Source of the DNA: Lama guanicoe
Taxonomy: Eukaryota
Reading direction: 5' to 3'
DNA: 64,000 nt
NCBI GenBank assembly: GCA_013239625.1
Contig: MU054323.1
Location: forward strand, 15,876,029-15,940,028
The stretch's first letter is position 1; every line of letters begins with the position of its first letter. A model generated the notes under the pieces. The model worked only from the letters and a program-made list of their open reading frames with translations, was not told the origin of the DNA and made no database searches. Both the position numbers and the translations under genes were made by a program. Shown here piece by piece: positions 53,421 to 64,000 of this stretch.

Positions 53421-55199
53421 CTATAAATCTGACTCATCAAGAAAATATTATGTTCCATATGCTGCTTTTAAAGCAATAATGTGAATAATAAATCTTAGAA
53501 AGAATCCCGTCCAGATATGATGGAGGGGAAAATAATTATGTGGAATACACCACCCCTTCACAATGCTTCACAAATGCAGATAATGCATTTTTATGTTGTT
53601 AATATATTTTTTGTAACTCTTAGTTTTGCATAAAATTCACAGTTGATGAAATTATAAAAGAAAACAAAAGTGAGGAGAGAAAACCTGACAAGTTAGATTT
53701 TTTTCAACAAAATGTTTTTTTCATTTCTCTTCCTAAAAATGAAGACGTTTTGGAACTTTCAAATATCCCATAATCAGAAAGGTTAAGCATGGCCATATGA
53801 GACGGGAAGAACAAGTCTCTCTGAGTTTCTGCCTTCTTATCTGATGACATGGGCATTCAGCTCGAGGGCATTCATTCTCTCACTGATATCTACAATTTTC
53901 CCAGATGACATAAATGCCATGTGTGGAATAAATCTGGACAGGAGAATGAGTAACTGTGGTCACATGGGGTAAAAAGCACCCACTTGCTGGGAGGGAAATA
54001 ACTATTCAGAGTGGTGACTGTTTTTTCAAAAACACATTTTGAACAGTTCTACCATCATATACCGTTTAATACTTTAGTGTCATTAATAAAGATTACTATG
54101 GTGAAACTCACCTCTCAATACACTTGTTGAAAAAAAAATCACATTTCATTTGTGTTAGGTATTACACATGGTATCACATAATATGGCCATTTCTGGTAGC
54201 AATGACTGAATAGAGATGAACATGAAATTTATAAAAATCAGAACTTCTTTCACTAATTTGGATGAATCCGTGTATATACTATTTTTAGAGAGTGTCAAAA
54301 GATCTCGTAATGAAGACAGTCTGAGGGCATCTGACAATGCGGAAACAAGACAGTCACCTAAGTGGCCCTTGTTCTCATTGTTATCTGCCATGCCATCTCC
54401 TTCCTACCAGCTGCCTGCAATCTCACTACTTAGTTTTTTGGAAGAGGTGCAGGAAAGTGCTCAACATGCTTGGTAATAAAACCCTTGATATTTTGCTAAG
54501 GAAATCATTTTGAAGACATTATCTTGTGTTAACACATAGGAAACTCATTGTGTTCTCTGTAGCTTATTGATAACGTCCACCAAGATATAGAAATTCATGT
54601 TATTACTTTACCAGATCCTCTTAAATGTGTCCCATCTCATAAGGTCAACCACCATAGCATAATCACATTTAAGGAGAAAAAAATGGAAAGAAGAACCAGA
54701 GCCCAACTTGAGGCATGTGTGTCTGCATCTTCATCACATTTGTCAGTTGCCTATCAAAGCTGTATCATTTAACAAGTCCACTTGCTCAAGAGATACCATT
54801 TATGCCCTCAGAACTTGGGCATCAGGCCATGGCTTTTGGCAGGATGGTACATATCTTGCAGCAGTATGCAATCCAGTGTATACTATTAGTTGACTATTTC
54901 CTTTGTGGATGTTCTTTGTAAACATCTCATGTGCATCTGGTTTCTGCTCTGTGGCAATCAAACTTCTTGATGGTCTGAGACTGATTCAGTTCCCCCTGGT
55001 CTACGGTGAAAAGGAGTAAATCTTGTTGGGTAAAGCTAAATATACCACACCAGACCTAATATCTAAGATCTTGACCTTTCAGTTCCTTCACCTAATCTTG
55101 GATAACCTTCTCTTCCCTTTCCTCCACAATATCCTCCCACAGTTACATCTATAGTGCCCTTCTTTCTCCCTATACATCAGCCTCCTACTGTCCTTACCT

Positions 55200-57180
55200 T
55201 CCTTCCTCATCCAAATGAGATTTCATAATCCATCATTTCAGCACCATCTTGTTAACATCTTTCCCTCTCCCATTCTGTTGACATTTAATCAAATCTGCTT
55301 GGCCAAAGTCCAACTACGAATGTATCAAAGTATCTGGCTGCTAACGATCTTTACACATGCAGGAGAAAAATCTCTCAACTAGATGAACTGGTACCAGCAT
55401 AAGTCACACGATGGAACCAAAGGTCATTAACCTCTACTGAACCCTCAGAACTATCATAGAATATTATATTTCTACAGTTACTTCAATCTCCCACATCCCA
55501 CTCTTCTCGAATTTCTAACCCTCCTTTTTGCTTCCTCATTCACAGAACCTTATCTTCTCTTTCACTTGATTAAGAAAGTACAAGTCATTAGATGATAACT
55601 CCTTCAACTTCCAGCCACCAAATCCATAAATCCTCTACACTTGTCCTCTCCTCTTTTCTTCATGTTGCACTGAAAGAGACATCCTCTACTTGTGTCCTGC
55701 AAACTATCCCATTGGAAATCCTGGATGAATAATAAATCCCTCTCTGCCCCACCCTACTGGCTCCATCTTGTCAGTATTTAAACATGCTCACTTCTTCTCA
55801 GTACTGTAGGAGAAAAAGCATCTCCGTAGACCCCATCACCCCCTCAACCTATTGTCTTCTGCCCTCTCTTTTACAGTCAAACTTCTGGAAAGACGTTACT
55901 GTTCATATTCCATATTTAACCCAGTGTGTCTGGGCTTCCATTTATACCACTCTACCAGATGAACTCTTGCTAAGGACATCACGGGACAGAAGTCAAAGGA
56001 CACACTGTAGCTGTCATTTCATTTGATCTCTTGACAATATCTGATACAGCTGACCACTCCTCTACTCCACTTGACATCTGTGAACACTACAACCTCCATT
56101 TTCCCTTTCATCTCTCTGACTGCTTTTTCATGTTTTTTTCTGATTCTTTTTTTTTCCCCTAAATTTTATATGGTGGGGTCCTCATTCAGTACTCTCTCCC
56201 TGGCAATCTCATTTACTCCTATATCTATAATTTACCATCTAAATGCTCATGCCTTCCAAGTTTATCTCTCTAACCTGACTTCTCTTTTCTGAGCTTCAGA
56301 CCCATGTAACTATTCAAAGGTCTAAAACTGAATTAATGATACCTGCTCTTCCAGACCTTCTCCTATTCCAATGTTGCCAATCTCAGTAAGTTATATTACT
56401 ATGCTTAAGTCAGGAACCTGGGTCACAACCTTTCTGCTGTAGCGAATTAATTTCTATTGATCCTTTCTCCTAAATATCACTTGAATGCACATATTTTTTC
56501 CCATTCTCACTGCTACCAACTTGGAGAAGTCATTATCATCTCCTTCCTTAGACCACCATAATTACTACCCTGTAGAGTCCATTCACCACTGTGCAGCAAG
56601 AATGAAATGTAACAAGTGCAAATCTGATCATATTACTCCTCAGTGGAATACATTCTAATGGTTTCCCATTGCTTGCAGAATAAAGGCCAAAGTTTTAATA
56701 CATCCAGGAAGTCTGCCTGATCTGTCACCTGGCTATTTGTCCAGCTTCATCCTGTTCCCCCATGACCCACCTCCCCCTCTTCTCTCCCAGCCTTAACCAC
56801 ACTGAGTAAACAATTCCTTAAATGCATCCCCTCCTTCCCATATTTTTCCCTTTGCCTAAAAATAAGTGCTATCTACTGCAATATCACACTTTCCCCCAAA
56901 CTAACTCCTATTTATACTACAGTTCACACTTTCCATGCCATTTTTTTAGGGAAATCTTTCCTGAATGCCTGGGATATGATAGGCTCCCCTGTCACATGCT
57001 CTCCTGTAGCCTTTTGTAGTACTCATGTGCAAATAATCATTGTTGATCATGTTCCCTTATAAACTATAAACTCCATTATGACAGAAGCATCATCCTGTCT
57101 CATCCACAAATGTATCCCCAGGGCTTTGCACGGTCCCGACACGTAGCAGGCTCTCAATAAATATTTGTTGAGTCAATCAA
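55200..57180 (+). mobile_element. Long L2 fragment
   Basis: Pyrimidine-rich body (ctgagcttcagaccc, aaatctgatcatattactcc) ending ctcaataaatatttgttgagtcaat. Confidence 0.8.
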
Positions 57181-57434
57181 TTAACGACCGTGATCACAGC
57201 AACAGATCCTCAGAAGTTATCGAGCAAACTTTAGGGATCAAAATTCTGAGTGGGAAAGACTGAAAATATGATGACCGTTTAGCCAAGAAATAAACAGTTC
57301 ACTAAAATATTTCTTAAAAAGTGAAAAAGAAAATCAGTGAATAAAATAAATAGCAAGAAAATGACTACTGCAGCTGAAACTCTAGAATGCACAACCCAAG
57401 AAACTCACGTTTTTTGATCTAGTCTGATATTTTA

Positions 57435-57734
<300 letters not shown>

Positions 57735-57771
57735 TTACCTTCTAAATAATCTCCTTCTTAAAAAAAAAAAA

Positions 57772-57828
57772 GTACACCTGAAACTAACACAACATTGTAA
57801 ATCAACCATACTTCCATTAAAAAAAAAA
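57772..57828 (+). mobile_element. Very short L1 3' tail
   Basis: gtacacctgaaactaacacaacattgtaaatcaaccatacttccattaaaaaaaaaa. Confidence 0.75.
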
Positions 57829-57968
57829 CTATGTTGAATTAACATTAACCAGTATGTTTGTTCTATGGTTAGGTCAGGTACTGCAACTGCTAAATCAATA
57901 ATCACTATAAGAAATGCCCTTAACTTTTTTCCCCTTACATTTTATCAAGCAAATAAAATCTTCCAGAA

Positions 57969-58197
57969 CAGGAATTAGCAAACTTTTTCTTAAAGGGCCG
58001 CAAGTAAATGTTTTTCACTTTGCTAGCCAAGAGGCCAAATCCACACAACTCTATTATATAAGTATCTATATAATCATTTAAAATATAACCATTTAAAAAT
58101 GTAAAAACCATTCTTATGTAAAGCGCTGTTGAAAAAAAAAAAGCCAACCAGGCATCTGAGCAGATTCGGCCCATAATCCAGTTATCTGCCTGTCCTG
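57969..58197. mobile_element. MER58-family hAT MITE
   Basis: caggaattagcaaactttttcttaaagggcc...gtaaaaaccattctta...gattcggccca. Confidence 0.7.
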
Positions 58198-58269
58198 TCT
58201 ATCCCGTTTAATAAAGTCATTCCAAAAATTCCTGAAAGTCAACCTTCAAAGTCACTTTTTAAAGGTTGT

Positions 58270-58452
58270 AAGCTACAGTACAGGGAATACAGTCAATAAT
58301 ACTGTAATAAGTTTATATGGTTACAGATGGTTACCAGACATAATGTGGTGATCAATTCATTATATATATAATTGTTGAAATACCAAGTTGCACACCTGAA
58401 ATGAATATAATATTGTAAGTCAATTACTATTAGTTCAACCAAAAGCAAAAAA
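58270..58452 (+). mobile_element. Short L1 3' tail
   Basis: cagggaatacagtcaataatactgtaataag...cacctgaaatgaatataatattgtaagtcaatta; flanked by agtcactttt repeats. Confidence 0.75.
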
Positions 58453-59189
58453 GGAGTCACTTTTAAGATAAATAACCCTCTTTCTGATTCCTATTCAGAT
58501 TGTTTTAAAAACAAAGTCTGCAAAATCCATAGAAATGATTTCAAAACACAACTGTTTATGAATGATGATAATATCTCTCTCTTAGATTTAGCTAGCTTTG
58601 TATTTATCCCCTGATAAACTATACTGTCTTTTAAATCCATCATTGTTTTATTTGGAAGAGCCAGAAGATTCCTCATTCTCTGGTTCTCTGTTCAAACAAT
58701 AGTACCACTTCTATTATATAATAATGTCAAATCTTATTTTCCTAATAAGAATAGTGGCAATTTTTACAGAGATAGGGAAAATAAGTTGCAGTATTATTTA
58801 CACTGTCTAAGACACAAAAATGTCTTAATTGCCAGATATAAGTGATGTGAAATTTTCAGCAATGCAAAATAATTTTGCACACATACAGAGACCAAACAAG
58901 GAAATTAAAGCCATGCTAAGAGTCACATTCTAGTTTGAAATACACACTGTCTCATCATCTTATCAGAAAGCACTTGGTAAGCACCTATACTTATTCAAAG
59001 GCACATATTTATTCTCTCCATACCCTTATGATATTCACTGGAAGGAAGAACTATCAACTTTCTCAAAGAGGACCTGAGTCCAAGATAGAGACATGTCTAA
59101 ATCACATATTTTTTCAATTTCCATATTCTTCCTTAAGATCTTTTCTTTTTTCTCTTCCTTCTTTTTAAAAAAGTATCTGTCTGAATGGA

Positions 59190-59415
59190 TATTCAGTGGT
59201 TAAGAATATAGGCGAAGGAAATTTATCTGAGCTTCACCTCTGATTCCAACCACTCATTGGCTATATACAGAAAACCGCAGGAAAGTTCTTAACCTCTCTC
59301 AGCCTCAGTATTTCATCTGTAAAATGGAGAGACATACCTTTATCAGGACTGTTGTCAGAATTAAATGAGGTAATACACACAAAACGCTTGACCCACTGAA
59401 AGTTTTAATAAATGG
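59190..59415 (+). mobile_element. MIR SINE
   Basis: aagttcttaacctctctcagcctcagtatttcatctgtaaaatgg...ggactgttgtcagaattaaatgag. Confidence 0.85.
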
Positions 59416-59911
59416 TAGGGGAAAAAAGGGAAAGCTCTGAAAGTGGCTTATATATTTTGCATAAACTCATAGTAATTTTCTGATCTTCTGATCTAAGTGC
59501 TTAATTTAACCATTAGTAGAATCATATCAGAGTTAAGTGCATGATAAGAATATGGGCCTTAGGATCACAAATCTGCCACTCATTAGTTGAGTAACTCTAG
59601 GCTGGTTACTTATCTTCTCTGAGCTTCTTTCCTCAGAGAAAAATTAGATAATATTATCTTCCTTAGAGTCAGGGAAACAAAAAAAGTGAAGCTAAAGTCC
59701 ATGAAGACAAGTGGATGGCTCTCCAGGCCAAAGGAACTTTTTATCTTTGACTGCATGGGGCTCCCAGTAACGTATCACTTAGATGTTCTCTGCTCAGAAC
59801 TTTAACACGCACCTGCATATCACATGTTTGCTGCAGGGATTAAATAAAATAGTACATATAAAAAGCAGGGTTTCAGGTGTTCAGTAAATTGCAAGCATTC
59901 AGTACATAGCA

Positions 59912-59939
59912 ATTATTATTATTATTATTATTATTATTA
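59912..59939. repeat. (ATT)n microsatellite
   Basis: Seen directly. Confidence 0.9.
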
Positions 59940-60029
59940 CAAGGTAGGCTTAGGCAATGTGATGGTGACATTTAGGAAGTTGAAAGACAGTAATTAGCTA
60001 TCTAGCTCCTTTAATTTTAGATGAATTTA

Positions 60030-60224
<195 letters not shown>

Positions 60225-63200
60225 CTAGAATAAAATATAATTTTATTTTAGTTTTAAGTGATAAAGTATACTGAATTGATATTTTAACTTAAATTTTTAT
60301 AATACTAACATTTGAGATTTTAATTAATAATCTAGAAAAATTTTCAAATATATTCCTTAAGAAATAGAAGGTAAGCACATAAGCTACCAGTAGCCAATAA
60401 CCAAAGAGACTGATATACAAATGCTACGTTTAAAGTTTCTCTGCATTGTGGCTTTGAGTGTCAGAAAAAAGTTTCATTGATGAACTCATTTCCTCTATTA
60501 TAATGTTCATGTGTTTCACACTTCCACAAGACAATGATTTACATGGTAAGTATTTGATTTAGTGGATGCTATGGACATCAAATATACATTTATTGTCTGG
60601 AGTATATATATTTATTATCGGAGTTTTGCTAATTAACTAGGCTGAAATAAAACAATGACCATACCAATGTTCTGTACTCAGATATACTTCTCAAGCAATG
60701 ATAGTCACACCACAGCTCTTCAAGTGCATCGAACAATTTCAGGCCCTAATTTCTGTTTACTAAGCACAAATAATCTTAGCGGTTAATAGTATTTGCAAAA
60801 CTAACTCAGAGCAATGTACTGTCATCGACATAGGCTTAAGAAAATGAAAAATCCTTTAAGCTGCTCACATCCACCTGTCAAAGAACTTAACTTTTATTTT
60901 TGCTGTTGGCAGCTCCAAAGCAGAGCTGCACTACTAGGCTGAGGACAGAGAAGTCTCAACAGAGAAGTTTCCCAACTTGTTAACATGGTATAAAAAAATG
61001 CATACCTGATATCTACTACCTGTCAATCTACTCCAATCCTAATGAATTCAGCAACCTGAGCTGGATAGTTATGTACAGAAACCACACTTACTGACAAGAG
61101 CTAGCAAAAAGTATTACGGATACAGCAGCCTGAGGGAGGAAGACCAGAATACACATTTGGAGAAAAAAATTAATGGAAGAAACAAAAAAATATTTTAGTA
61201 AAACTATCATAAGGATTTTTAAGGCAATATAATTAAAGCACAAAGGAGATTCTACAAGTGTTTTAAAAAAACACATCCCCCCCAGGATTTATATTAAATG
61301 TTCAATAGAAAAATGGAAAAAAAGAATAATTATTGCTAAATAATAAAATCATTATCTTGAAGTTCAAATGGAAGATTATCCTTCAAAGGAGTGAAAATAC
61401 AAAAAAATTAAAATAATGAGGAAAAAGACGAGACCTAACATAAGAATAGGTACCAGAAAGAGAAAAGGAAAAGATAAACTTACAAAGAACCTGATGAAAT
61501 TTCTAAGGTGCAAGGATAGAGAGAAAAATTCTTATATGTTACTAAACCAAAATATAAAGTTATAGACATACAGACATATTTCAGATAAGTTTCTTAGCAA
61601 AAGCAATGAAAAGATGCAGAAAAAGATAGCTATGATGTCCATAAGCATCCATTAATTCAGAAATTTATTACATAAGACACTGTCTTTTGGGAGTGTGAAA
61701 TACATGCATAATACAAAAGGAGAAAATGAATTCGTCATTAAAGTTTTATTTCTGGATATACAAAGTCACACTGCAGAGAAACTTTAAAGACAGTACTTGC
61801 ACATCAGTTGCTTTGATTATTGGTTTATAAGTTATCTTTCACTTCTTAAAGAACATATTTGAAACTTTTAATAGGTAGCTGATAAAAACCTAAGATGTTA
61901 GTATCTATGGAAATTTAACTCAAAAAATTAAGCTATTATTAGCCTCTTATTTGCAATATTGGAATACAAAAAGTACTGAAACATTTATGAATAGTGAAAA
62001 AAAAAGGACTGTGTGAGGAATAGTATACCCAACTAAAGTATTAAAATGTGAAGGCAAAATAAAGTCACTTTTTTCAGATATGCAAGGAATCAAAAAGCAC
62101 ACCACTTCACGACGTATCCTAAGATTATTACTGCTGGAGGAAGGTTTCTATCAAGTAAAAATAAAATAAGAACAAAGATCTCAAGACAGGAGTTGAGGAT
62201 ACAAAAAAAGAAAACGTAATTGAACAATAAATCTCCAGTAGTTATAACTAAATACATGTATACTACACTATAATTCAATTGTGAAGTATAAATTTTGAGT
62301 TAGGATTCTTAAAACAGAGGAGACTTTGGAGAAAACTAAGAAAGAATGTTATTATACTACTCTTGTGCAGATACGAACCGAAATAGCAGCTTTGAGGGAA
62401 TGTAACTGGTCCACATTACAGGAAAATGTCATGTCATAGAAAAAGAATCATGTGAAGCGATCACTTAAAGGAGTGTGGTTTTAAGAAGTTAAAGCAAGAG
62501 AAGGTGACGATGAAAGAGAACTAGCACCAACTCTTGACATAAAAGAAGAAAGCAGTAACTTCTTATGGAAAATAATTTCATAGTTGTGTTCTTTTCTTCC
62601 AGACTAGTGTGAACACGGTCTTTTAAATAAAGCAGCACAGCACCTCTTGAGGGGCAAGATTACTTGATTTTTATTTCTAATTTTTTGGGACTTAGGTGCG
62701 TTACACAGCTGAAAACCTTTACCAAGAAGTCAAAGGCAAACTAAGCCTGTAGACTAAGAAGTCTCTGGTGGATTTAGCATCCTTTTCTAATGGTGAAGAA
62801 ACTCATTTATTAACAGACTAATGGCAGGCAGTAATGGTGATCAAACTTGTCTCTTCTCCCAACTTTTGAGTCCCAGTATGAAGCTGGCAAGTTGAATGCT
62901 GTTGAATTCATATACTTAGTATTTTTAGGTGCATCAATGTAAAGTGGCAAATCAAGACTGTAGGATATTTTCACACATGAAGCTCTTGCCTCTTACTGTA
63001 GTTATATCTACTTTTGTACAAAATATTTAAGGAGGAAAGAAAATAAAATTAAAGGAGTATACTTGAAGATTCAACCAATGACGCTGTACCTGAGTTAGGG
63101 TGTCAGAGGGAGAGACAGAGGATGATTATAAAAAGAAATTTGAAAAGAAAAAAGAAAAAAACGAGGAAAACAAGCAAAGAAACCAACAAAACAAAAAAAA

Positions 63201-63487
63201 ATTTTTTTTCAGTCAGTCTAACAAATGTAAGGAAATCAGCCTAACAAATGTAAGGAAATAAAAAGAAGAGGAAACAAGAACAAAGGATAAAAAAACAAAC
63301 AAACAAACAAAAATATGCTTCAAGGACTGTTATGAATGGGTTAAATTCCCAGATTTAGGATTGGGTTCAAATACCAAATCCTAATAAAATGGCAGAGAAA
63401 GACCCTAAGACATTTTTCCTAACAACTCATCAGAATCATTTTCCTTAAAGTAGCATTTTTTAATTTCATAATAAAAAGTCAATATTA

Positions 63488-63721
<234 letters not shown>

Positions 63722-64000
63722 TTAATAAAAGGGATTTATTCTGGAAATCAGAAAAGATTACAATCATGATTACTTCTTTCTCTACTCACTAACAAGAGTT
63801 AGAGATTTAACTTAAAATGGTTGGTTAAGTCATACATTTCACTGAATAAAGCCTACCTTAATTTTAGAGCAAATAGGAAAGAGAAACTGCAGCTTCACAG
63901 TTTTTAATATTAATTATTCCTTGAAAAGACATCTGAAATGTATTTTTACCACTGGTGTTTTAAATCAAAGAATAGTTTTTAAAATTGGTTTTCAAAATAC

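Overview
AT-rich mammalian genomic DNA, probably camelid (four tRNA-derived Vic-1-type SINE copies). Positions ~10.6-64 kb hold the 3' half of HEATR5B on the minus strand. I traced 18 coding exons by hand: all introns are GT-AG, all phases are consistent, 3517 coding nt give ~1171 aa ending ...IKLKTSFF*. The 5' exons lie beyond the right edge. Positions 1-10.6 kb are intergenic. The rest is mostly interspersed repeats (L1, L2, MIR, LTRs, DNA MITEs); family names come from remembered consensus sequences and their boundaries are approximate. I found no convincing new biological system. The best leads are two candidate unannotated alternative/poison exons behind long AG-free polypyrimidine zones (~63.1 kb, ~30.1 kb), a strand-asymmetric intronic hairpin (~42.5 kb), a frameshifting tandem splice donor (~27.8 kb), and a twin-primed 5'-inverted L1 with nested insertions (38-41 kb).
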